From NCBI GenBank assembly GCA_963728865.1, contig CAVSLZ010000001.1, positions 163,122 through 227,121 of the forward strand: DNA of 64,000 bases, written 5' to 3'. The position numbers and the translations under genes were made by a program. The stretch's first letter is position 1, and every line of letters starts with the position of its first letter. The notes under the pieces were generated by a model. The model was not told where the DNA came from. It was given only the letters and a program-made list of their open reading frames with translations, and searched no databases. This document shows positions 19,504 through 28,295 of the stretch, piece after piece. This stretch comes from an uncultured Actinomycetota bacterium. GTDB taxonomy: Bacteria; Actinomycetota; Actinomycetes; Mycobacteriales; Nakamurellaceae.

Positions 19504-20715
19504 TCAGTCCTTTGGGATCGGCTCCCCCGGGCGCAGTCCCGCGTTCCATGCCGCTGCGATCGCCTCCTGCATCACCGTGCCCGGCGGCAAGGACGCCCCT
19601 TCTGCCGCGGCGGCGACGTCGCTGAATTCCGGGGTGGCCCGGACGATGGTCCCGTCGCGGTGCGCGATCTTGATCGCGACGGGGCTGCCGGCGACGTGCA
19701 CCACCGCGACCACCCGGGGAAGCGCGAACCGCCGCACGGCGTGCTGGCGCACGCCGATCGTGCTGGTCAGCCGGAACATCAGCCGGCGCGCCGCCGCCGC
19801 CTGCTCAGGTCGCGCCAGCACCGACAGCGTCTGCGCGGGCCGGCCCTTCTTCATCAGGATCGGGGTCAACCACGCGTCGGCCGCTCCGTCGGCGAGCAAG
19901 TGGGTCAGCACCTCGGGCCAGAGCCTCGGGTCGAGGTCATCGACATTCGCCTCCAGGACCACCAACTCCTCCCCGTCCTCGTCCGGCACCAACGGATCGA
20001 TCTCGCCGAGGATCACCCGCACCACGTTGGGTGTGCCCGGGGTGTCGCGGGTGCCGGCTCCCACGCCGACGCTGCCTACCGACATGGATGGCAGATCAGT
20101 GCATTCCGCCGCCAGAGCGGTGATCAGCGCCATCCCGGTGGGGGTGGCGAGCTCGCCCCGACCGGCAGCCCGGATCCGCCAGCCGCGGGACATCTCCGCC
20201 ACCGCGGGAACCGGCACCGGGATGTCACCGTGAGCACTGCGGACCCGGCCCGAACCGACCGCGACCTCCCCGGCCGTCACCTCCTCGACGCCGAGCTCGT
20301 GCAGGGCCGCGCACACCCCGACCACGTCGGCGATCGAATCGAGCGCACCGACCTCGTGGAAATGCACATCACCGACATCGATTCCGTGAACGTGCGCCTC
20401 GGCGGCGGCCAACCTGCCGAAGACCGCCAGCGCACTCTCCCGCACCGGCTGTGCGAGATCGGCGTCGGTCAACAGTTGCCGGATGGTCCGCCAGGTCCGG
20501 TGCGGAGGATCGTCGACCATGACGGCGACGTCGACCTTGATGGCTCGCAGACCGGCCCTGGTCACGGCCGTGCCCATCAGCCGAACGGCGCCGGGGATCA
20601 CCGCGTCGACGGCCGCCTGCACGACGGCGAGGTCGGCACCGGCGTCGACGAGGGCGCCCAGCAGCATGTCACCGGCAACCCCGGCCGATGCGTCCACCCA
20701 GACCTGCCGGGTCAC
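19504..20715 (-). CDS. larC: NPN cofactor nickel insertase
   Basis: GVAGDMLLGAL, AEAHVHG, VHFHEVGALDSIADV, GELATPTG, EANVDD, MKKGRP, TIGVR; single ORF. Confidence 0.95.
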   Translation of the reverse strand: MTRQVWVDASAGVAGDMLLGALVDAGADLAVVQAAVDAVIPGAVRLMGTAVTRAGLRAIKVDVAVMVDDPPHRTWRTIRQLLTDADLAQPVRESALAVFGRLAAAEAHVHGIDVGDVHFHEVGALDSIADVVGVCAALHELGVEEVTAGEVAVGSGRVRSAHGDIPVPVPAVAEMSRGWRIRAAGRGELATPTGMALITALAAECTDLPSMSVGSVGVGAGTRDTPGTPNVVRVILGEIDPLVPDEDGEELVVLEANVDDLDPRLWPEVLTHLLADGAADAWLTPILMKKGRPAQTLSVLARPEQAAAARRLMFRLTSTIGVRQHAVRRFALPRVVAVVHVAGSPVAIKIAHRDGTIVRATPEFSDVAAAAEGASLPPGTVMQEAIAAAWNAGLRPGEPIPKD

Positions 20716-21479
20716 CTGCCGTCCTCGACAGGTGCATCTCCGACAGGTGCATCCCCGACAGGTGCATCCCCGACAGGTGCATCCCCCATAGGTGCGGCGA
20801 TCTGCGCCGCAAGATGCCCCGCGCCGTAACCATTGTCGATGTTGACGACCGCCACGCCCGGAGCGCAGGCGTTCAGCATCGTCAGCAGCGCGGCGATCCC
20901 GCCGAACGACGCGCCGTACCCCACAGAGGTCGGCAGCGCGATCACCGGCGCGGAGACAAGCCCTGCGACAACCCCGGGCAGGGCGCCGTCCATCCCGGCG
21001 GCCACCACAATCACCCTCGCCATGCGCAGGTCCTCCAACCGGCGCAGGACTCGGTGCAGCCCCGCCACTCCGACGTCAACGACCAGATCGGTCGCGCGGC
21101 CGAGATACCGGGCCACCAACTGGGCCTCCCGGGCGACCGGCAGGTCGGAGGTGCCGGCGCACACCACGACGACCAGTCCGCCGGTCGGTTCGGGCGGCTC
21201 CGCGGGCCAGGCCAGAAGTCCGGACTCGGTGTCATGAAATGCCTCCGGCAACACCGCCAGCACCGCTGACGCATGCGACGGCCCCGCCCGGGTGAAGAGC
21301 GTCACCCCTGGCCGGCGCCGTACGGCGGCCGCGATGGCCGTGAGCTGTTCCGGCGTCTTGCCGCTGCAGTACACCGCCTCCGGATAGCCGCGGCGCCGCA
21401 ATCGGTCGTGGTCCAGTTCAGCGAAAGCCGCCAACTCCGGTGGATCGACGTCATTCTGTGACGCGGAATGGTCATCCAC
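20712..21479 (-). CDS. larB: NPN cofactor carboxylase/hydrolase
   Basis: RRGYPEAVYCSGKT, AGTSDLPVA, DVGVAGLHR, AGMDGAL, PTSVGYG, VVNIDNGYGA. Confidence 0.95.
   Translation of the reverse strand: MDDHSASQNDVDPPELAAFAELDHDRLRRRGYPEAVYCSGKTPEQLTAIAAAVRRRPGVTLFTRAGPSHASAVLAVLPEAFHDTESGLLAWPAEPPEPTGGLVVVVCAGTSDLPVAREAQLVARYLGRATDLVVDVGVAGLHRVLRRLEDLRMARVIVVAAGMDGALPGVVAGLVSAPVIALPTSVGYGASFGGIAALLTMLNACAPGVAVVNIDNGYGAGHLAAQIAAPMGDAPVGDAPVGDAPVGDAPVEDGR
20726..20795. repeat. 15-bp tandem repeat (~4.7 copies) in the larB 3' end
   Basis: cgacaggtgcatc(t/c)c x4 plus a partial copy; encodes (GDAPV)n. Confidence 0.95.
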
Positions 21480-22356
21480 GGGACACCTGTACCAACGGCA
21501 GGGTGAACGCCCCCGACTGCACACCGGCGAGATCGATGGCGGCATAACGGAAACCGGCACCTGTTGCGGCAGCAAGAATCTGCGAACGGGCGGGATCCTC
21601 GACGGCACGGGGGAGTTCATCCCTTGCCAGTTCGATGCGGGCGATCTCGCCGTGGTGACGCACCCGCAGATCACCGAAGCCGAGCCGGTGCAGGGCGGCC
21701 TCGACCTGCTCTATCTGGGACAGCTTCTCGGGTGTCACCGACTGGAAATGCGGAATGCGCGACGCCAGGCAGGGTGCCGCCGGTTTGTCGGCGGACGGCA
21801 GCGACCACGCCCTGGCGATGCCGCGCACCGCGGCCTTGGTCAGGCCTGCCTCCGCCAGCGGCCGGAGGACCCGATGGTCGGCGGCGGCTCGCGAGCCCGG
21901 CCGGTCGGGGCGAACCGCGTCGTCGGCGTTCTCGCCGTAGGCGACCGCATCGAGCCCGTACCTGCTCGCGACGTGGTCGTCGATGCGGGTGAACAGTTCG
22001 TCCTTGCAGTGGAAGCACCGGTCCGGCCCATTGGCGCGGTACTCCGGCCTGTCGCCCTCATGAGTGACGACCTCGACGAGTTCGGCACCGATCGACGCGG
22101 CCACCCGGTGGGCGCCCGCCCGTTCCTCGGCCGCGAGGCTGGGTGACACCCCGAGGATGGCGACCACTCGTTCGGCGCCCAGCGCGCGCACCGACAGGGC
22201 CAGCAGCACCGACGAATCCACCCCTCCGGAGAAGGCGACGCCGAGCCGATCGATACCGGCCAGCAGGCCGGCGACGCGGATCAGGGCATCGGCGGCCACG
22301 TCGGCATTCCCGGCCTGTTCGGCCGGCTCGCCCGGCAGGGGGTCGGTCATCGTCAC
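21472..22356 (-). CDS. larE: NPN cofactor ATP-dependent sulfur transferase
   Basis: PP-loop AFSGGVDSS, RCFHCK, RPG, PCLASRIP, RVRHHG. Confidence 0.95.
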   Translation of the reverse strand: MTMTDPLPGEPAEQAGNADVAADALIRVAGLLAGIDRLGVAFSGGVDSSVLLALSVRALGAERVVAILGVSPSLAAEERAGAHRVAASIGAELVEVVTHEGDRPEYRANGPDRCFHCKDELFTRIDDHVASRYGLDAVAYGENADDAVRPDRPGSRAAADHRVLRPLAEAGLTKAAVRGIARAWSLPSADKPAAPCLASRIPHFQSVTPEKLSQIEQVEAALHRLGFGDLRVRHHGEIARIELARDELPRAVEDPARSQILAAATGAGFRYAAIDLAGVQSGAFTLPLVQVSRG

Positions 22357-22445
22357 GCTGCCAGCCTCCCACTGTCGCCTTCCCGCTCTCACCGTGCCCG
22401 GGCACGGTGGACGCAGGTGCAGTACATCTTCACCCTTGGGCCACC

Positions 22446-22469
22446 GGCAAGCGGTTGCCACTTGTTGCG
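22446..22469. promoter_or_regulatory. LacI-type operator 3 (larE / lacI divergent region)
   Basis: GGCAAGCGGTTGCC plus ACTTGTTGCG half-site. Confidence 0.8.
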
Positions 22470-22528
22470 TTCGCGGCGTTTACTTCTCGGACCACTCACC
22501 GTCGCCGCCACGCCGCAAGGACTGTCCC

Positions 22529-23557
22529 GTGACCGAGGAGCCACCGCCGCCGCCGATCCGTCCGCCGACCATCTACGACGTCGCGAAGGTCGCCGGGGTG
22601 GCCGCATCCACGGTCTCCCGGGCGTTCTCCCGGCCGGGGCGGGTCAACGCCGCGACGGCCGAACGCATCCGCACGGCCGCGGAGGCGCTCGGGTACCGGA
22701 CGAACCCACTCGCCCGCGCCCTGCCCACCGGCCGTACGTCGATGATCGCGGTGATCATCTCCGACATCACCAACCCGTTCTATTTCGAGATCATCCGTGG
22801 CGCCCAGGCCGCGGCGGCCGCAGCCGGATACACCATGCTGCTGGCCGATGCGCAGGAATCCGACGTGCTGGAACGGGAGGCGCTGGACCGGGCCATCCCG
22901 ACGGTGGAGGGCATCGTGCTGGCCAGCAGCAGGATGTCGGACTCGGCGATCCGGATGACCGCCAAGCAACGGCCGATGATCGTGCTGAACAGGGCGGTCG
23001 CCGACGTACCCAGTCTGGTCACCGACAATCCGCACGGGGTGCGCCGGGCGGCCGAGCATCTCGCCGAACTGGGCCACCGCTCGATCACCTATGTCGCAGG
23101 GCCGGAGGCCTCATGGGCCGATGGCATCAGGTGGCGCTCTCTCCGGGAGGCCGCGGCCGAACTCGGCCTGCAGACCCGACGTCTGGGACCGTACACACCC
23201 AATGTGGCCGGCGGAGAGCAGGCGGCCGCCGCCCTGAAACGCAAGCCGGCGTCGGCGATTCTGGCCTACAACGACCAGTTGGCCATCGGGATCATCCGTG
23301 GGCTGACCGCCGCCGGCACCAGGGTTCCCGGCGACGTCAGCATCATCGGCATCGACAACATCTTCGCCGCGGATCTCATCACCCCGCGGTTGACCACCGT
23401 TGCCGCGCCGCTGCACGCGCTGGGCGGCACCGCCGTCAAGAACCTGCTCGCCATCATCAACGGCGCGCATGCACGGGCACGGGAAGCCATGGTGCTGCCC
23501 ACCCGGCTGGTGGAACGCGCGTCCACCGCCCCTCGGCGCCGCACGACGCAGGAATGA
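22529..23557 (+). CDS. LacI-family regulator of the glucuronide/lar regulon
   Basis: PTIYDVAKVAGVAASTVSRAFS HTH, periplasmic-binding-like core; AAGGA RBS. Confidence 0.95.
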   Translation: MTEEPPPPPIRPPTIYDVAKVAGVAASTVSRAFSRPGRVNAATAERIRTAAEALGYRTNPLARALPTGRTSMIAVIISDITNPFYFEIIRGAQAAAAAAGYTMLLADAQESDVLEREALDRAIPTVEGIVLASSRMSDSAIRMTAKQRPMIVLNRAVADVPSLVTDNPHGVRRAAEHLAELGHRSITYVAGPEASWADGIRWRSLREAAAELGLQTRRLGPYTPNVAGGEQAAAALKRKPASAILAYNDQLAIGIIRGLTAAGTRVPGDVSIIGIDNIFAADLITPRLTTVAAPLHALGGTAVKNLLAIINGAHARAREAMVLPTRLVERASTAPRRRTTQE

Positions 23558-23571
23558 GATCCAGCGCTGCG

Positions 23572-23595
23572 GGCAATTGATGGCAACCGATTGCT
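23572..23595. promoter_or_regulatory. LacI-type operator 4 (upstream of GH3)
   Basis: GGCAATTGAT-GGCAACCGATTGCT, 23/24 identical to operator 2. Confidence 0.8.
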
Positions 23596-23664
23596 GTTCC
23601 ACAAGGCCACCCGCGAAGGTGGTGTCATCACGTCGGGAGAACGCAGCGAATCGAGGAGTCAGTC

Positions 23665-25401
23665 ATGGTCGACCTGTCCGCCACACCGTTCCATCTGGAT
23701 CAGGACGCCGTCGACTGGGTACACAGCACCATCGACTCGATGACCGTCGAGGAGAAGATCGGGCAGCTGTTCATCAACCACAACAACGAGTTCACCCCCG
23801 AGTATCTCGACGGAATCCTCGATACCTACCACGTCGGGGGAATGCGGTATCGCTCCGGCGATGCCGCGGAGATCCGGGAGCATGCCCGCTACGCCCAATC
23901 GAAGTCGAAGATCCCACTGCTGATCGCGTCGAACCCGGAAATGGGCGGATTCGGCAGCAGCAACGACGGCACCTTCGTCAGCACCCATCTGCAGGCCGGG
24001 TCCCACCCCGACAAGTCGATCGCCAGAGACATGGGCGATGTCGCCGGAGCGGAATGCCGGGCCATCGGCTGCAACTGGGCCTTCGCGCCCATCGTCGACA
24101 TCCATTACAACTGGCGCAACACCGTCATCTCCACCCGGGCATTCGGGAACAACCCGGACATCGTCATCGAGCGGGCCAAAGAGTATTTCGACGGAATCAC
24201 CGCGCACAACATGGTCTGCGCCATCAAACACTTCCCCGGTGACGGCATCGACGAGCGCGACCAGCATGTGGTGACCTCCTACAACACCCTTCCCGCGGAA
24301 CAGTGGGACCGGACCTACGGCAAGGTGTACCGGGAACTGATCGACCACGGCGCGCACTCCATCATGGTCGGGCACATCGGGGCGCCGGCGCTCTCCCGGC
24401 GGTACAGGCCCGGTATCACCGACGCGGAGATCCTGCCGGCCACCCTGTCACCAGAATTGCTCCAGAACCTGCTGCGCGGCGATCTCGGATTCAACGGCGT
24501 GATCCTCACCGACGCCTCCCAGATGATCGGCCTCACCCAGGCCATGAAACGACGGGACCTGGTACCCGCGACCATCGCCGCCGGCTGCGACATGTTCCTG
24601 TTCTTCCGTAACCCGGAGGAGGACTTCCGGTACATGCTGGACGGCTACCGGACCGGTGTCATCACCGAACAGCGCCTGCAGGATGCGCTGGAGCGGATTC
24701 TGGCGCTCAAGGCATCGCTCGGCCTGCATCTGATCCCCCGCGAGGACATCGTCCCGCCCGCAGCCGGTCTCGCGGTGATCGGCAGCGAGCGGCACAAGGC
24801 GGTCGCGGCCGCCATCGCCGACAAGACCGTCACCCTGATCAAGGACACCCAGCACAACCTTCCGATCACGCCGCAAACACATCCCCGGATCCGGCTGTAC
24901 GGGGTCGCCGGTGGCCGCGACTTCACCCGCACCGACCCACTGGGCTACCTCGACATCGTCCGGGAGGAACTGGAGAAGGCCGGGTTCACCGTTGATGTGT
25001 TCAAGACCGCACAGCAGCGGCAGGAAGCCGGCCACACCGAGGCCAACTTCATGAGCGTCATCTCCGACGAGGCCCGTGGGGACTACGCCGACAGGTACGA
25101 CGCGGCCTTCATCTTCGCCAATGTCAAGGGATTCGCCCAGGAGGCAGCCATCCGCATCAAGTGGTCGACCCCGATGGCCGCCGAGATCCCCTGGTATGTC
25201 ACCGAAGTGCCCACCGTATTCGTGTCGCTGACCCAGCCGAACCACCTCATCGACGTGCCGATGGTGAAAACAGCCATCAACGCGCATGCCGACACCGCGG
25301 AGGCCATTCACGCCACCGTCCAGAAGATCATGGGCCTCTCCGAATTCCAGGGCACCTTCAACGACAACGTCTTCTGCGACTCCTTCGACACCCGCTTGTG
25401 A
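23665..25401 (+). CDS. GH3 glycoside hydrolase, Nag3/BglP-like (possible phosphorylase)
   Basis: EEKIGQLF, FAPIVD, KHFPGDGIDERDQH, GFNGVILTD; no signal peptide. Confidence 0.9.
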   Translation: MVDLSATPFHLDQDAVDWVHSTIDSMTVEEKIGQLFINHNNEFTPEYLDGILDTYHVGGMRYRSGDAAEIREHARYAQSKSKIPLLIASNPEMGGFGSSNDGTFVSTHLQAGSHPDKSIARDMGDVAGAECRAIGCNWAFAPIVDIHYNWRNTVISTRAFGNNPDIVIERAKEYFDGITAHNMVCAIKHFPGDGIDERDQHVVTSYNTLPAEQWDRTYGKVYRELIDHGAHSIMVGHIGAPALSRRYRPGITDAEILPATLSPELLQNLLRGDLGFNGVILTDASQMIGLTQAMKRRDLVPATIAAGCDMFLFFRNPEEDFRYMLDGYRTGVITEQRLQDALERILALKASLGLHLIPREDIVPPAAGLAVIGSERHKAVAAAIADKTVTLIKDTQHNLPITPQTHPRIRLYGVAGGRDFTRTDPLGYLDIVREELEKAGFTVDVFKTAQQRQEAGHTEANFMSVISDEARGDYADRYDAAFIFANVKGFAQEAAIRIKWSTPMAAEIPWYVTEVPTVFVSLTQPNHLIDVPMVKTAINAHADTAEAIHATVQKIMGLSEFQGTFNDNVFCDSFDTRL

Positions 25402-25440
25402 TGCCCGCCGCGGACAGCGTGGGCCGCTCGTCACTGCCGC

Positions 25441-26082
25441 TCACTCGGGCCGGCCGCTACCCGGGAGTGGCACCGGTGCATGCCATTTGAACCGCAGCGC
25501 AAGGAGGCGGAAGCCGCAGATGCCCGCGGCCGCGGCTCCCTGGATCGCGACGTTGCTGTATCCGAACGAGTAGGCCACCGCCACCACCAGCGAACCGGCG
25601 ACCGCCGGAATGGCGTAGAGCTGCGAGTCGCGCCGCAGGACGGATGGAATCTGCCCCGCCAGCACGTCGCGCAGAATGCCGCCGCCGACCCCGGTGATGG
25701 TGCCCAGGAGGACCGCCGCCACGAGCGGAATGCCGGCGGCGGCCGCCTTGGTGGTCGCCGTCGCACAGAAGACGCCGAGGCCGATCGCGTCGAAGACCAA
25801 CACGGTGCGCCCCATCATCGCCACCCGTGGGTGGAAGAAGAACGTGACAACGGCGGCGACCAGGGGAAGTACCAGGGACCAGGAATTCGTCAGTGCCGCA
25901 GGCGGTACGGCGCCGATCAGGACATCCCGGATGACGCCCCCGCCGAGTGCGGTCACGGTGGCCAGCACCGCCATACCGACGATGTCGAACTTCCGTCGGA
26001 CCGCCAGCAGTGCGCCGGAGAGCGCGAAAGCGAATACCCCGATCAGGTCCAACGCCGTCTGGACGATTTCTGTCGCGGACAT
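25441..26082 (-). CDS. TRIC/UPF0126 (YadS-like) membrane protein
   Basis: DLIGVFAFALSGA, GGGVIRD, DAIGLG, GGGILRD duplicated motifs. Confidence 0.92.
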   Translation of the reverse strand: MSATEIVQTALDLIGVFAFALSGALLAVRRKFDIVGMAVLATVTALGGGVIRDVLIGAVPPAALTNSWSLVLPLVAAVVTFFFHPRVAMMGRTVLVFDAIGLGVFCATATTKAAAAGIPLVAAVLLGTITGVGGGILRDVLAGQIPSVLRRDSQLYAIPAVAGSLVVAVAYSFGYSNVAIQGAAAAGICGFRLLALRFKWHAPVPLPGSGRPE

Positions 26083-26127
26083 GACGGCATTCTGGCGCAT
26101 CTGCGATGAAGCCGACGGCCGCGAAGG

Positions 26128-26841
26128 CTAGTGCCACACGGCGACGCTTCGCCTGACCGGCGTCGAGTCGGAGGTGGCGAAGAGTTCGGGCGAACGAGTC
26201 CTGATGCGTTCGATGTCATCGAAAACCGCTCGAAGATGCTGTCGCAACATGCTTTTCGCGAGCTCGATATCGCCTGCCACGACCGCTTCCAGCACGTCGC
26301 GGTGTTGGTCGGCGAACTTCGCGGGCGACGGTGATTCATGCAGCCCGAGTCGCCGTGCCCGATCCAGATGACCCTTTGCGGCGACCACCGTCGGCCAGGC
26401 ACTCCCGTGGCCGCTGAGACGCAGGAGCCCGAAGTGGAACTCCTCGTCAAGGGTGAAGAACTCCTCGAGTTCGATATCCGGCGCATGCTGCCGGTGCAGG
26501 TTGGCCTGCAGCTCCCGGATCAGGCCCTGGTCCAGAGTGGCCGGAAGATTGTCCAGTGATGCGAGCTCGACGGCCTCACGAATGAACTGGGCGTCCGCGA
26601 CCTTTTCCGGGTCGACCTTGGACACGAACGAGCCGACCTGCGGGAAGACCTGAACCAATCCCTCCTCCGACAGCAAAATGAGGCTTTCCCGCACCGGAGT
26701 CCGGCTGACTCCCAGGGATGCGGCCAACTCGTTCTCCGACAGCGCGCTACCGGGTGGGAGTTCCAGCGTCAGCATCTTCGTCCGCAGGATGTCGTACACC
26801 CTGCGGCGGTTGGTTCGTTGCTGGGAGGCGGGCTTGGCCAT
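26128..26841 (-). CDS. GntR/FCD-family regulator (RspR-like)
   Basis: [37 protein letters not shown]. Confidence 0.93.
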   Translation of the reverse strand: MAKPASQQRTNRRRVYDILRTKMLTLELPPGSALSENELAASLGVSRTPVRESLILLSEEGLVQVFPQVGSFVSKVDPEKVADAQFIREAVELASLDNLPATLDQGLIRELQANLHRQHAPDIELEEFFTLDEEFHFGLLRLSGHGSAWPTVVAAKGHLDRARRLGLHESPSPAKFADQHRDVLEAVVAGDIELAKSMLRQHLRAVFDDIERIRTRSPELFATSDSTPVRRSVAVWH

Positions 26842-27017
26842 AGCGCCGATGCTAGTCGGTGTCGCCTGGCATGCGAGTCCTGCATACCAGTCACCCATCG
26901 CCGGCCCCACTCGCTTCGGGGACTGGATCCGACCATGGTCAGGAGGTTCTCTCCCAGCACCGACGGTTCGCGGGTGAAAATTTCTGCGCAGCATCTTGTG
27001 CGACTGGCCGACAGATG

Positions 27018-27045
27018 CTTGTATATCAGTACTGAATACCAGTAC
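27018..27045. promoter_or_regulatory. Candidate tandem GntR operator upstream of manD
   Basis: CTTGTATATCAG followed by palindrome GTACTG-AATAC-CAGTAC; AT-rich patch. Confidence 0.6.
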
Positions 27046-27086
27046 CGGGGATCGCGCGCCGGGGATCGTCCAAGGGAGTGGGATCT

Positions 27087-28295
27087 GTGAGCAAGATCGA
27101 ACGTGCAGAGGTGCTGGTCGCATCGCCCGGCCGGAACTTCGTGACGCTGCGGATCACCACCTCGGACGGGGTGACCGGCCTGGGCGACGCAACGCTGAAC
27201 GGCCGGGAGCTGGCGGTGGCGAGCTACCTGCGCGACCACATCGTGCCGCTGCTGATCGGCAAGGACTCGACCCGGATCGAGGACATGTGGCAGTACCTGT
27301 ATCGCGGGGTGTACTGGCGTCGTGGACCGGTGACCATGACGGCGATCTCGGCCGTGGACACGGCTCTGTGGGACATCAAGGGCAAGGTCGCCGGATTACC
27401 GGTGTACCAGCTCCTCGGGGGCGCCTCCCGGGACGGCGTGATGGTCTACTCCCACGCCAGCGGCACCGACACGGACTCACTGCTGGACGATGTCGCCCGT
27501 TTCCTCGACCTCGGATACAAGGCCGTCAGGGCGCAGGCCGCGGTACCGAACATCGGCGGCTCCTACGGCGTCCGCAAGGGCACCATCTACGAACCGGCCG
27601 CCACGTCGCTCCCCGACGAGCAGCCCTGGTCGACCGAGGCCTACCTGGACTTCGCCCCCACCTACCTCGAGGCCGTCCGGGATCGCTTCGGCTTCGGGTT
27701 CCACCTCCTGCATGACGTGCACCACCGACTGACCCCCAACGAGGCCGCACAGTTCGGCAAGCGGGTGGAGCCGTACCGGCTGTTCTGGATGGAGGACCCC
27801 ACCCCCGCCGAGAACCAGGAGGCGTTCCGGCACATCCGCCGGCACACCACCACCCCGATCGCGGTCGGCGAAGCACTGAATTCCATCTGGGACGTCCAGC
27901 ACCTGATCACCGAGCAGCTCATCGACTACGTGCGGACGACCGTCGTCCACGCGGGCGGTATCACACACCTCAAGAGGATCTTCGACCTCGCGGCGCTGTA
28001 CCAGGTGCGGACGGGATCACATGGCGCCACTGATCTCTCGCCGGTCACGCTGGCCGCTGCGGTGCATCTGGATCTCACGGTGCCGAACTTCGGGATCCAG
28101 GAGTACATGCCGCACGCCGACGAGACGATGCAGGTGTTCCGCAGTGAGGTGCGCTTCGCCGACGGCATGCTGTATCCGGGTGATTCCCCGGGCTTCGGTG
28201 TCGAGTACGACGACGAGGCAGCCGCCCACTATCCCTACGAGGCCCGATATCTGCCGGTGGCCCGCCGGCTCGACGGCTCCGTTCACGACTGGTGA
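27087..28295 (+). CDS. manD: D-mannonate dehydratase (enolase superfamily, ManD/RspA)
   Basis: [45 protein letters not shown], terminal HDW. Confidence 0.93.
   Translation: MSKIERAEVLVASPGRNFVTLRITTSDGVTGLGDATLNGRELAVASYLRDHIVPLLIGKDSTRIEDMWQYLYRGVYWRRGPVTMTAISAVDTALWDIKGKVAGLPVYQLLGGASRDGVMVYSHASGTDTDSLLDDVARFLDLGYKAVRAQAAVPNIGGSYGVRKGTIYEPAATSLPDEQPWSTEAYLDFAPTYLEAVRDRFGFGFHLLHDVHHRLTPNEAAQFGKRVEPYRLFWMEDPTPAENQEAFRHIRRHTTTPIAVGEALNSIWDVQHLITEQLIDYVRTTVVHAGGITHLKRIFDLAALYQVRTGSHGATDLSPVTLAAAVHLDLTVPNFGIQEYMPHADETMQVFRSEVRFADGMLYPGDSPGFGVEYDDEAAAHYPYEARYLPVARRLDGSVHDW

Noticed and set aside
17643-20233. Long alternative ORFs (17643..19475 -, 18635..20233 +) and similar ones throughout the window
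   Set aside because: Antisense or off-frame shadows of well-supported genes, caused by stop-codon scarcity at high GC
20726-20795. 15-bp repeats as CRISPR or iterons
   Set aside because: No spacers; in-frame coding repeat
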